Positions 48,244 to 58,207 of a DNA stretch of 64,000 bases are shown piece after piece. The position numbers and the translations under genes are program-made. Source of the stretch: Acidobacteriota bacterium (lineage in GTDB: Bacteria > Acidobacteriota > UBA890 > WLXD01); contig CBDFKD010000002.1 of the NCBI GenBank assembly GCA_965248695.1, positions 2,496,001 through 2,560,000 on the forward strand. The letters run 5' to 3'. The first letter of the stretch is position 1. The number at the start of each line of letters is the position of its first letter. Below the pieces are notes generated by a model, which saw nothing but the letters and a program-made list of their open reading frames with translations, was not told the origin of the DNA and did not search any database.

Positions 48244-49581
48244 TCATGGACGCTCACTCTGCAACGCGTCGGGGTGGCCTGGCGGCAAGTAATTCCAGCG
48301 CGCGGTGAGGAGGGCGGCACCGATCCACGCGAGGATCACGAACAGGTAGAAAAGTTGGTCCCAGCCGTATGCTTCGGTGACGTAGGCGACGAGGAACGGA
48401 GAGCATAGCTGGCCAAATGAGCCGACGCCGTTGATCACGCCGGCGGCCTTGCCGGCATGTGCGGCGCTGCCGACATCCTGAGCCGCGGCCCCCGACATCA
48501 GCGTGTCGGGGCCATAGGTGAGAACGCCGATGGCGGCAATCCACAGGGCTACGGACAGACGGCCACCGCTCGCTGCCAGCGGCTGTAGCAGACAGACGAA
48601 ACCAAGGCCCCAAAGCATGACCGCGCCCACCGGGAATCGTCGGGAGCCCAGGAGGCGATCGGATACATAGCCGGCAATGACGGCGCCGGCAAACCCAGCC
48701 AGCTGGTAGAGCGCCGAAGTGTAGCCCGCTTCGCCAGCCTCGTAGCCGATGCGCTCGGTCATGTAGAGAGGGAGCCAGAAGAGAAACGAGTAGCGCGTCA
48801 TCTTCAGGAAGAAGTACATCGCGGCAATGGGCCAGATACCGGGATCCGAGAGCATTGCGGCGAGCGCCTGGAGTGTCCCTGCTTTCGCCGGGCGATTGTC
48901 GGTCCGTGGCGGCGCGCTCGGGATCGGCGCGCCAGCAGCCACCACCGCGCTCACCACGAGGTCCGGCACACCGGCATCGGATGGGGTGTTGCGGCTGCCG
49001 AGCATGTAGATGAACGCGATCAACAACAGCAGTAGCGCCGGGACCCAGAAGGCGCGTCGCCATTGCCACTGCTGCAGAACACTGGCGTTGACCGCCCAGA
49101 AGGTTGCGAATACGGTCGCGAACGCGGCACCGAGCACGTAGCTCGTTCCCCACCAGGCCATCACCACCCCGCGCTCACGCCGTCGAAACCAGGGCGTCAT
49201 GTTCTTGATCAGTCCCGGCCACCCGGTGGATTGGCCGACGCCGTTGAGACCTCCGAGAACGGCGAACGCCAGCAACGACGCCGAGAAGCCCATGAGCAGA
49301 TTGCTCAGCACCGACACGCAAAGCCCGAGGCTGACGACCAATCGCGGGCCGTAGCGATCCACCCAGGCACCGCTGGCGAACTGGCCCAGCGCATACAGCA
49401 GGCTATAGAGCGTGATGACCGTGGCGAAGTCGAACTTGGTGTAGCCCAGGTCCGCGGCCATCAGCGGCATCGCGACGCTGAAGTTCAGCCGGCAGAAGTA
49501 GAAGCCGGCGTATGCCAGCCATGTGGCGGCGAAGACCCGCCTGCGCCAGGTCTTCTGTTCGCGGGTGAGAGCGGAGGTCAG
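48244..49581 (-). CDS. MFS organophosphate:Pi antiporter family (GlpT/UhpT-like) transporter; apparent CTG start
   Basis: The frame extends upstream of the listed ORF through TM1 (WLAYAGFYFCRLNFSVAMP) to a CTG overlapping the phnX stop. Also QSTGWPG, WF.R.ERG, RYSFLFWLP, AAGVING.GS.G. Confidence 0.85.
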   Translation of the reverse strand: MTSALTREQKTWRRRVFAATWLAYAGFYFCRLNFSVAMPLMAADLGYTKFDFATVITLYSLLYALGQFASGAWVDRYGPRLVVSLGLCVSVLSNLLMGFSASLLAFAVLGGLNGVGQSTGWPGLIKNMTPWFRRRERGVVMAWWGTSYVLGAAFATVFATFWAVNASVLQQWQWRRAFWVPALLLLLIAFIYMLGSRNTPSDAGVPDLVVSAVVAAGAPIPSAPPRTDNRPAKAGTLQALAAMLSDPGIWPIAAMYFFLKMTRYSFLFWLPLYMTERIGYEAGEAGYTSALYQLAGFAGAVIAGYVSDRLLGSRRFPVGAVMLWGLGFVCLLQPLAASGGRLSVALWIAAIGVLTYGPDTLMSGAAAQDVGSAAHAGKAAGVINGVGSFGQLCSPFLVAYVTEAYGWDQLFYLFVILAWIGAALLTARWNYLPPGHPDALQSERP

Positions 49582-50408
49582 GGCTTTTCACCGCGCGTCA
49601 GTCGCGCCTCGATCTCGTCCAGGATCGGTGCGACGTCGGCGATTCCGTCCACCACATAGTGCGCCCCCGCCTGCGCCATGCGGTGATACGCATCGGCAAG
49701 GCGCTGGTCGCGAACGCCAGGCTCCAGTGAGTCGACCTCTGCCTCGGTCAGGCCGATCTCATTGCCGGTCTTGGCCAGGCCAATGGTCCACATCCCGGCG
49801 TTGAGACCCTCGAATATGTCTGGCAGCGTGTCGCCGATCTTGACGATCGCCTCCATCGGATAGACCTGCAGATCGAGAGCGTTCTTCAGGCACATCCAGG
49901 GATGGGGGCGTGCGGCCGGCACATCGGTTGCACAGACCGTGACGTCCGGCTCGTAGCCGCGTTTCTTGGCCTCAGACAGGAGCAGATCCATCATCTCGCC
50001 CGTATACCCGGTCGTTGATCCGATCTTCAGGCCACGCTCCCGGAAAGACGTAACGGCATCGACGGTACCGGGAATCAGATCCGCATAGTCGGCCAGACAG
50101 TCCATCTGCAGCGGGATGAACTGCTGAAACATGGCCTCGACGTCATCATCGGTCGGGGCGCGCCCGTGGACCTGCTCCCACACGGCGCGCACGTCGTCCA
50201 TTCGCGAGATCGCCTCTATGTGGACCTTCTTGTGGGCGCCCATCGGAATCCGCGCTTGCCCGATCGTGATCGGCACCTGCTGGCGCTTGAAGACCTCCAC
50301 GAACACCACCGCAGGGGCATAGCAGCCGTAGTCCAAGGTGGTGCCGGCCCAATCGAGGATGACGGCTTTCAAGCTGCCTCGGTAGGATCGTTGGAAGTAG
50401 AAATCCAC
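49578..50408 (-). CDS. phnX: Phosphonoacetaldehyde hydrolase (phosphonatase)
   Basis: AVILDWAGTT.DYG..AP, R.PMG.HKK.HI (Schiff-base Lys), GSTTGY, RP.PWM, KIGDT..DI.EGLNAGMW, GNE.GL, AGAHYV.D. Confidence 0.95.
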   Translation of the reverse strand: MDFYFQRSYRGSLKAVILDWAGTTLDYGCYAPAVVFVEVFKRQQVPITIGQARIPMGAHKKVHIEAISRMDDVRAVWEQVHGRAPTDDDVEAMFQQFIPLQMDCLADYADLIPGTVDAVTSFRERGLKIGSTTGYTGEMMDLLLSEAKKRGYEPDVTVCATDVPAARPHPWMCLKNALDLQVYPMEAIVKIGDTLPDIFEGLNAGMWTIGLAKTGNEIGLTEAEVDSLEPGVRDQRLADAYHRMAQAGAHYVVDGIADVAPILDEIEARLTRGEKP

Positions 50409-50528
50409 CAGTGTCCGTCCTGACTCCGTTCCGATACGTGTGTGGAGCAGCCAGAGTACCGGAGACGGCGAGGGCGGACCACGAGACCGCGTCCGCTCGG
50501 GCGCTGGCTTCAACCAGACCGGCGCGCC

Positions 50529-51185
50529 CTACCCGAAATCTACCGCAGCGCGTGCCCGCAGAGCCCTGATCAGGGCCGCCCGGGAACCGGCATCAATTCG
50601 GAGCTCGCGGGCCTGCAAGAACGGGCGGCTCAGCGTTCCGCGCATGACGCCCTCCTCGGCGTGCGGCTGCTCGGGGGCTATCGCGTGTCCGAGCTCGTGC
50701 ACCACCACGCGTGCGAGGGCGCGGGCCGTGGCGCGATTGTAGCGCACGGCGCGTGGCGCGCCGAGATTCCGATAGGCGTCGATTACGCGAAAGATCCTGC
50801 CGGGAAACACGATGACGCGCGGAGGACGAGACCCGGGGACCACCCTGCCCATCCCTCGACGCTTCACGCCCCAGTCGGTCGGCGGCCTGCCCGAGAACAC
50901 CACGAGAAACCCGTCAGCGACGATTGCCTGCCAGGCGTAGCGGCCACTATCAAAGCCCAGCCGCCGCTCGCGATGCCAGGTAGCGCGGATATCGGCGGCG
51001 GCGAAAGTAGAGACCACCTCCTCGCCGATCGCCCGCAGGAAATCGTCGCCGAAGCCGAAGCGGTCGGACACGACGAGGCGGATAGACTCGTTCCGAACTT
51101 CCGCTGGCACCTGTGCTGTTCCGCCAGCCTGCCCGGCACCGGCAATTTGCAGCGCCGCCATCATCATCGCAGCCTTCGAGGGCAT
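50529..51185 (-). CDS. Hypothetical protein with HExxH zinc-metallopeptidase-like motif
   Basis: ALARVVVHELGHAI....H...GVM (metzincin-like, with Met-turn). Confidence 0.65.
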   Translation of the reverse strand: MPSKAAMMMAALQIAGAGQAGGTAQVPAEVRNESIRLVVSDRFGFGDDFLRAIGEEVVSTFAAADIRATWHRERRLGFDSGRYAWQAIVADGFLVVFSGRPPTDWGVKRRGMGRVVPGSRPPRVIVFPGRIFRVIDAYRNLGAPRAVRYNRATARALARVVVHELGHAIAPEQPHAEEGVMRGTLSRPFLQARELRIDAGSRAALIRALRARAAVDFG

Positions 51186-51440
51186 ACGGGGCCTCTCACT
51201 TGGGGAGATCAGGGCGGAGAGAGACCCGGCGACTTCGTCGCGCCGCGACGATCACGCGATGACAGGCGGCGTCGCGGCGGAACGATTATGCCGCGAGAGG
51301 CAGCACAGCTCACCCTCTCCAGGCCGACCCCCCGCAGAAATCATGATGCTTGACAGAGGCTGCGCCGCCCCGAACCATGGCGCCCTTCAGAAGCGACGAC
51401 AACGGCGTCAGAAGTCCCATGTGCCCCGCGGGCGCGCCGG

Positions 51441-52827
51441 TCACTGCAGCAGCTTCTGCATCTCGTCGTCGTAGCCGGTCATCTCCCAGCGGATCAGCGA
51501 TACCGGGATGACACCGGCGGCGTAGAAATCGTCCATGAAGTCACTGAGGACGAAGTCGTCGCCCAGCTGCTGGGCGCGATCTGGCCTGCTGCGGGCGCTC
51601 GTCGAGGTAGCCGGCGTGCATGAGCAGCTCCTCGAGGGCGAAGGCCAGCCCCTCCAGGCGGGCAACGGCCATGTCGTACGGACCTTCATGCTCGCGCGCG
51701 CCACGGATCGGCCGGTCGTCGTTCCAGGCGCGCAACAAATCGAAGTGGTGGCCCACCATCTCGTGAGTCTCCTCCATGAGGGACTCGCGGTGGGAGAAGT
51801 TGAAGAAGTAGTCGTGATGATCGGGCCACGGTCGCCCGGTCGCTCGCAGGCGACCCTGCCGGTACTCGTCGACGACAATGTGATCCTGGACGGTGAAGAT
51901 CTCCTTGTCGGCTATGAAGCTCATGACGCGCTCGATCGAATCGAGCACGCTGCGCCGGTACTCCTGCGCCGAGCCCACCGGCGTTAGCGGAGGATCCAGG
52001 CGGTTGCGATTCTCCTCGAGCTTCTGGAAGGTAATGACGCGGTTGTCCTCGAGATGGACCAAGGTGCGCACCTCTTCCCAGGTGTACGGAAAGAGGTATA
52101 CGTTCTTCATCAGCCAGTCGTAGTTGGCAACTCCGACACTCGCCGGTGCGGTCATCGCGCCCAGGTTCTGCTCCAGCCAGCGCAGATAGTCGGAGCCTGC
52201 GTCCCGCGCCGCTCGGGCGTCCGACACCAGCTCCGAGTGATGGTCCGCCAGCCGGGCCGCGAGTCCATCGAACGTATCGCCGTTCTCTCGCAGCTGATGG
52301 ATGGCCAGGATCGCCAGGTCGCCGGGGATCGCTGATAGGCGGCCGCCCCCCAGGTTCTTCCTGGCCTGCTCGTGACGCTCAGGGATCGCCCGCAACTCGG
52401 CTTGCAGCTGGCGCCGACGATCCTCCGAAAGCGGCATCTCCGGCACCCGCCTCTCCGAGAACCTGCCGGATCTGGCGATGTAGAACGCCGGATCGCGAAA
52501 CCACGGGCGCAGAACCCGAAGCTGAAACTCGAGCCCGTTCATCTCGGCGCGCACCAGGTGGTAGTCGACTTGATCGGACACCGGCCACTCGCCGACGTCG
52601 ATCGCCGCCAGGCGACGCTGGTACTCGCGCAGCTCGCCGAGCTTGTCTTGCATCGCCTCTGGGTAGCTTGCCGGGTCGCCGCCGTATTCCTGCTCCGAGA
52701 ACTCGCGGAACTCCTCGAAGAGGCTCAGGAGCTCATCGGTGCGGGTGCCTGACTGGGCCACCGCTACTTGCCCGGCCCAGGCCAGGAGACACACGGCCAA
52801 CGCGAGCTTCCCCTTGCCCCTGCTCAT
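51441..52827 (-). pseudogene. DUF885-like secreted protein with frameshift and probable internal deletion near the C-terminus
   Basis: Signal peptide, LRPW.RDPAFY, HEMVGH, EGLAFALEE. After YLDERP (about 51590) the family-type C-terminus DRAQQLGDDF.L.DFMD.F.AAG.IP.SLIRWEMTG is in another frame. Confidence 0.7.
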
Positions 52828-52909
52828 TCGGGCACCGGCAACATGAGCCTCGCGTGAATCGGGCTCATTCGCCCGCGGCCATGATCGCTCTCCGCCTGCA
52901 GAACCGCGA

Positions 52910-54775
52910 TCACTCGATCACCGGCAACACCACATGCGACGGGTACTGCGCCGAGTGGTGCAGCGTCTGCTGCGCCACCACCCACTCGGTCTCGTCGTAG
53001 TTGTTGCCACCGGTGTTCAGGTTGCGATCGAAGCGCGGGAAGCTGGAGCTGGAGACCTCCAGGCGCACTCGATGCCCAGGCCCGAAGTAGTTGCCCGTTG
53101 CGTGTAGGTCGAGGCGGATCTCATACACCTCGTCGTCCTGCATCCAGACATTGCGGTCGAACCCCTCGCGGTAGCGCATGCGCTGGGCGCCCTCCTGCAC
53201 GTTGTACGCCGTGCCGTCCGGATACACGTCCACCAGCTTTGCCATGAAGTCGGTGTCCTTGGCCGACGAAGCGACATAGAGCACAACTTCGAGCCGCCCG
53301 GTGACCTCGATACCCTCCTCCAGTGGAGCTGAGGTGTAGACCAGCACGTCGTTGCGCATCTCGGTCTCGGACTGATCGTAGGCTCCCGCACCGGTGTCCA
53401 TCCCGGTGCAACAGGCCTGACCGCCTATCGAGGGCACCGGGGTGCCGGGATCGTAGACGTAGCGATCGGGCGGCTGCTCGCCGGGCGCCGACCACGACAG
53501 GGCGCCGTCACCGTAGCGGCTGTTGGCCCGCCCGTCGCTATGCAAGTACAGGCTTCGCGCCGTCATGTTCGGCAGCGGCCACTCATCGGCGCTGCGCCAC
53601 TCATTCTTGCCCATCAGGTAATACTGCACCTTGGGCATATCGGTGATGCCGTTGTCGTCGTCCTTGAGCCAGCGCGCGTACCAGCGCAGGTAAATGTCCA
53701 TGAAGTCGCGCCGCGCATCGCCGAGGTCGCGCTCACCGACGATCGTGTTCTCGGTCGCCCGGGCCCAGCCGCAATGTGTTGTCGGGCCGATGATCACGAA
53801 CTGATTGTCGCGCGCTCGCTCGCTGACGGCGTTGTCCTGAAACAGGTTGAAGAGCTCGAACGTCTCGGCGACGCCGTAGTCGTACCAGGAGTCGAAGAAG
53901 ATGGCGGGAACATCGAAGCGGTCGCTCTCGTCGACCCAATCGAGCTCGTGGAAGTACTCCGCCTCGGGGTTGTTGGAGACGAAGTCCACGTAGTCGGTCG
54001 GCGGCGCCCCGGACTTCTTCAGGATATCGACGATCGGCAAAGTGCCGAGCAACGAATGGTGGTCGCTCTGGCGACGCTCCGGCGTCGAACGGAACAGCTG
54101 TGCGGCATCGGAGTTGAACCACTCCTGTCGATCCACCCCCTCGGGCGGCCCGTAGTAGATCTTGGTGCCGCTACCGGAAAACCAACCGGCCGTCTGGGCC
54201 AGCTCGAACACGCCACCGTCATACGACACCCATGGACGACCGTGCGCGTAGTAGCCAGTGGTCGAGGCCATCGGCATGGCCGCGACGTGGTTCGGATGCC
54301 GGGTCGCTGCCAGCACAACCTGCACGTCGCCGAGATAGGAACAGCCGTAGGTCGCGACTCTCTGATTCGACCACGGCTGTTCCGATAACCAGGTCACTGT
54401 GTCGTGCGCGTCGGTGCGGTCACCGGTCGATGGCTTGTAGCGACCCTCCGACTCGAAACGGCCGCGCATGTCCTGAATGGCTACCGCGTATCCCTCTTTC
54501 ACGAACGCCGACACCATCCCGCTGCCGCCGTTCTTGCCATAAGGCGTGCGAATCAGGATCGTGGGGAGATCTTCCCTGGGACCCTCCGGGAAGTACACGT
54601 CGGTCGACAGCCCGGCACCGTCTCGCATCAGCACCATGTTGCTGCGTTCTTTCTCGATTGGAACGTCTGAGTCCTGTCGACGGCCCTGGCCCTGGCCAAC
54701 CGCGCCGCCTGGAGCCGAGAGGCAAAGAATCAGAATCGCGCTAGATAGAACGAACAACCGGCGGCCGAGGCCCAT
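52910..54775 (-). CDS. CocE/NonD family serine hydrolase, secreted
   Basis: MRDG..LSTDVYFP, IRTPYGK, QDMRGRFESEG, WSNQRV..YGCSYLG, SWYD, GPTTHC, SSSFPRFDRNLNTG. Confidence 0.93.
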   Translation of the reverse strand: MGLGRRLFVLSSAILILCLSAPGGAVGQGQGRRQDSDVPIEKERSNMVLMRDGAGLSTDVYFPEGPREDLPTILIRTPYGKNGGSGMVSAFVKEGYAVAIQDMRGRFESEGRYKPSTGDRTDAHDTVTWLSEQPWSNQRVATYGCSYLGDVQVVLAATRHPNHVAAMPMASTTGYYAHGRPWVSYDGGVFELAQTAGWFSGSGTKIYYGPPEGVDRQEWFNSDAAQLFRSTPERRQSDHHSLLGTLPIVDILKKSGAPPTDYVDFVSNNPEAEYFHELDWVDESDRFDVPAIFFDSWYDYGVAETFELFNLFQDNAVSERARDNQFVIIGPTTHCGWARATENTIVGERDLGDARRDFMDIYLRWYARWLKDDDNGITDMPKVQYYLMGKNEWRSADEWPLPNMTARSLYLHSDGRANSRYGDGALSWSAPGEQPPDRYVYDPGTPVPSIGGQACCTGMDTGAGAYDQSETEMRNDVLVYTSAPLEEGIEVTGRLEVVLYVASSAKDTDFMAKLVDVYPDGTAYNVQEGAQRMRYREGFDRNVWMQDDEVYEIRLDLHATGNYFGPGHRVRLEVSSSSFPRFDRNLNTGGNNYDETEWVVAQQTLHHSAQYPSHVVLPVIE

Positions 54776-54854
54776 ACAACACGCTCCCTGTCTCGATCGT
54801 GATTTCGTCTGCGGAAGATCGTGGGGACTATAACCACAAGCGGACGCAACGACG

Positions 54855-57800
54855 CTACTGTGCCCAGGCTTCGTTCCAGTCGATCCCGTTGTAGTCATCA
54901 AGCTCCCAGTAGAACCTCGTCCGGGGCCGGTCGTAGTTGCCGATCTCGTTCATGCTCAGCGAGTCGTACAGGCGACCGTTGACCATCGAGTAGCGCACCG
55001 TATTGGTGTTCTCGATGTCCTCCAGCGGGTTGGCGTCCAGCACGATCAGGTCGGCCAGCTTGCCTTCTTCGAGGCTACCGATTTGGGCGTCGAGGCCGAG
55101 CGTCTTGGCCCCGTTGAGCGTTGCGGTGCGCAGCACCCGGTGATTCGACATTCCGCCTTGCGCCAGCAGCCACATTTCCCAGTGCAGCGCCAGGCCGGCA
55201 ACCTCGCCGTGTGATCCCGCGTTGATCAACACGCCGGCGTCGTCGAGCTTCTTCATCGAGCGAGACACAGCGCGGAATCCGATGTCCCAGAGCTCGTCGG
55301 CAACGTGTACGGTCGTCATTCCCCGCACATGCGGCGGCGCCGCCCCGGGGGTCTCGAGGGGGCTGTAGCCCGAGGTCACCGTTTGAACGTAGGTCCTTAC
55401 CTTCGGGTCGTCCCAGGCGCGGCGGGTCTGATAGATGAAGTTCTCGCCAAACAGCTCGCCGAAGCCGACCACGAGGGTCGGCGTGTGAGCCACCTGGCTG
55501 TGGGCGAACAGCTGCACCAGGTCGTCGTAGTAGTTGGCGATCGGAAAGTTGTGCTCCACGGCAACGTGACCATCGAGCACCATGGACACGTTGTTGTAGA
55601 AGTGACTCTCGCCCTCGATGTCGACCGTGATCCCGGCTTCGCGACCCGCTCTGACGAGCTGCTGACGCTGGCTGCGCATGGGCTGCTTATAGCTCTTGAC
55701 GATCGTGCCGCCGAGGGCGGTCTTGCGCGCCATGACAACCTGAGCGTCCGCGAAGCTGCTGATGGGCTCGAAGACAAAGTCGCGCTTCTGTGAGCGGCCG
55801 TAGACGACGCTTCCCACGTTGATCGCGCGCGGGCCGACGGTGATGCCGGCCAGATTCATCTCGTTGATCGCGTACGCCGGCAGATCCGTCGAGTATGGAT
55901 CGAAGTTGGTGGTCACCCCGAAGGCGAGTGCCGCGTACCGCTCGGGTTGTTTCTGCGGCATGCTGTCGGCCGGCGGATAGCAGCAATCGATGTGGCCGTG
56001 CATGTCGATCAGACCGGGCATGATGGTCTTGCCGCTGACGTCGATGAGCGTCGCGCCATCAGGGATCGCGATCTCGTTGCGGTCGCCAACCGCCGCGATT
56101 CGGTTCCCCTCGACGACGACAACGCCGTTCTCGATGACCTCCTCACCACGCATGGTGATAACGCGGGCGTTGATCAGGGCCACCGTGCCTTCGGGGGCAT
56201 CGGCAGGTACGACCAGGCCGATCGATGCAATCGCCTCGGTCGGCTCCGCGTCGCCGCCGAACACCTCGGCGACCGTGGCGCGGTACAGAGCAGATCCCAG
56301 TGTCCAGTGCACGGATTCCGAGTCGGCGCTCCAGGCGAGGTTGTAGCCGCCGTAGTCCGTCAATGCGGCGACGGGAACGGCGTCGCCGTCGGGGCTGACC
56401 TGCAGCGGAGCTCCCGCTTCCCGATATGGCATGACGTAGTACTGCTTGTGGTAGCTGAACCCCAACCAGCGGTGATCGGGGCTCAGCGTCATCTCGAGCA
56501 CATCGGTTCCGGAGGCGTGCGCGCGGATGTCGAACCCGTCCAAATTGCTGCTCTCGAGTCGGCCGACACGCGTCGCGGTGGAGTAGAAGCCGCCGCCGCC
56601 GCCTTCGGAGCTGATATAGGAGTAGAAGACGCGCTCGCCATCGGGTGAGAACTTGGGAGCGAGACCGCGCTCGACGACGAAGTGGGTGTCGCGCTCAGCG
56701 ATCGAGACCCAGTGGATCCCCGGCTTGGCGCGATAGCCCCCCATGTGCTTGCTGGGTGCCTCGATTCGATACACGAGGCGCTGCCCATCCGCCGAGAACG
56801 CCGGTTGTCGAATCACGCCACTGCTGTTGGCGATAGGGGCGGCGGCGCCGCCGCTGGTAGAGATCACCTTCAGCCTGCTGCCGCGCTCGTCGTCCCACTC
56901 CACGAAGGCAATCGAGCTGCCATCCGGCGAATACACCGGCTCCGCCTCGAATACCGAAGAGTCCGTGAGGCGCTCCGGCGCCCCTCCGGGCAGCCTCTTC
57001 CGCCACAGTCGTCCCAAGGCGTTGAAAACGACGGTGTTCCCGTCCGGCGACGGCGCCAGGTGACGAATCGCCCGCACCGTGACCTTCTCCGGTGCCAGGT
57101 CGGTGGCGAAGCGCGCCGTCTGGGTAATGCGGTGATGGGCAGTGACTCGGAAGGGGATCTCCGCGCTCGTCGCGTTATCCATGTCGATCTTCAGCAGCTT
57201 GCCCTTGCCCCAGATCGCCACGTGACGGTTGTCGGGAAACCAGTCGAACCCCGGGTAGTAGGCACTCTGCTGCATGAAATCCGCCCGCGCGTCCCGGTCG
57301 AGATCGTCATAGACAGGTCGCTGCCGACCGCTTTCGGTGTTGAGCTCGAAAAGCACGGTCTTCGCCTTGACTCGGCGGATAAAGGCCACTCGCTTGCCAT
57401 CCGGCGACACCTGCGGAGTCGTCGCGCCACCGAGACCACGCAGCACCTCTTCCGTGGCACCGCTACTCAGGTTCCTGCGCTTTACGGCGAAGCCGGCGTG
57501 ATTGGCATCCACAAAAATGCTCGGGCTGTCGACGCGTTCCGTGTAGTAGAGGAACTTCCCATCGTCCGAGAGCTCCGCCTCGTGGACGTCTCTCTGATTT
57601 GCCGGAGTCTCGACCAGGATGCGACCACTGCCGCCGCCGAGGTGAAAGAGCCGTATCTCCGAGGCTCGCACCTTCGGGAACGTCCCGTACCGCTTGGCGG
57701 CGGCGACATATTGGCCGCCGGGATCCCAGGCAGGACCCGTGAGCACGTCCGTGGTCTCGTTCGTTATCTGTTGTGCGGCGGAACCGTCCGCTTCAGAGAC

Positions 57801-58160
57801 CCAGATGTTGTCGCTGCCGTTTGCATCACTGAGGTAGAGGATCTTGCTTCCGTCCGGGCCGTAGCTCGGCATGATCTGCATCGCCGGTCCGCCATGCACC
57901 AGCGTCGCGTCGCCGCCAGCGGCAGGAATGCTGTAGATATCGCCCAACAGGTCAAAGAGAATCGCTCCGCCGCCGGGATGAACGTCGACGCTCATCCACG
58001 TACCCTCCGTGAGGGTGAACTCCGCGTCGATGTACGGCTGACCGGTATCCGTCACGTCCCAATCCCCGTCGTCGACGAGGGACATCGACGTGAAGAGGAT
58101 CAGAGCTGATCCGACAAAGCTCCGAACCACGGTTCTGTTGAGGGCGATCGGGCGGCGCAT
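54855..58160 (-). CDS. Amidohydrolase family protein with N-terminal PD40/TolB-like beta-propellers
   Basis: EGTWMSVDV.P.G, repeated SPDG, MPGLIDMHGH, KSY.QP.R.QRQ, HWEMW...QGGM, GSLEEGKLADL. Confidence 0.92.
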   Translation of the reverse strand: MRRPIALNRTVVRSFVGSALILFTSMSLVDDGDWDVTDTGQPYIDAEFTLTEGTWMSVDVHPGGGAILFDLLGDIYSIPAAGGDATLVHGGPAMQIMPSYGPDGSKILYLSDANGSDNIWVSEADGSAAQQITNETTDVLTGPAWDPGGQYVAAAKRYGTFPKVRASEIRLFHLGGGSGRILVETPANQRDVHEAELSDDGKFLYYTERVDSPSIFVDANHAGFAVKRRNLSSGATEEVLRGLGGATTPQVSPDGKRVAFIRRVKAKTVLFELNTESGRQRPVYDDLDRDARADFMQQSAYYPGFDWFPDNRHVAIWGKGKLLKIDMDNATSAEIPFRVTAHHRITQTARFATDLAPEKVTVRAIRHLAPSPDGNTVVFNALGRLWRKRLPGGAPERLTDSSVFEAEPVYSPDGSSIAFVEWDDERGSRLKVISTSGGAAAPIANSSGVIRQPAFSADGQRLVYRIEAPSKHMGGYRAKPGIHWVSIAERDTHFVVERGLAPKFSPDGERVFYSYISSEGGGGGFYSTATRVGRLESSNLDGFDIRAHASGTDVLEMTLSPDHRWLGFSYHKQYYVMPYREAGAPLQVSPDGDAVPVAALTDYGGYNLAWSADSESVHWTLGSALYRATVAEVFGGDAEPTEAIASIGLVVPADAPEGTVALINARVITMRGEEVIENGVVVVEGNRIAAVGDRNEIAIPDGATLIDVSGKTIMPGLIDMHGHIDCCYPPADSMPQKQPERYAALAFGVTTNFDPYSTDLPAYAINEMNLAGITVGPRAINVGSVVYGRSQKRDFVFEPISSFADAQVVMARKTALGGTIVKSYKQPMRSQRQQLVRAGREAGITVDIEGESHFYNNVSMVLDGHVAVEHNFPIANYYDDLVQLFAHSQVAHTPTLVVGFGELFGENFIYQTRRAWDDPKVRTYVQTVTSGYSPLETPGAAPPHVRGMTTVHVADELWDIGFRAVSRSMKKLDDAGVLINAGSHGEVAGLALHWEMWLLAQGGMSNHRVLRTATLNGAKTLGLDAQIGSLEEGKLADLIVLDANPLEDIENTNTVRYSMVNGRLYDSLSMNEIGNYDRPRTRFYWELDDYNGIDWNEAWAQ

Positions 58161-58207
58161 GGCTTCTCCCTGGCTAGGCGGGCAGATAGTCCGAACAGCT
58201 TAGCTGT

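Noticed and set aside
56682-58109. 475-aa plus-strand ORF
   Set aside because: Antisense to the amidohydrolase, with no recognisable domain.
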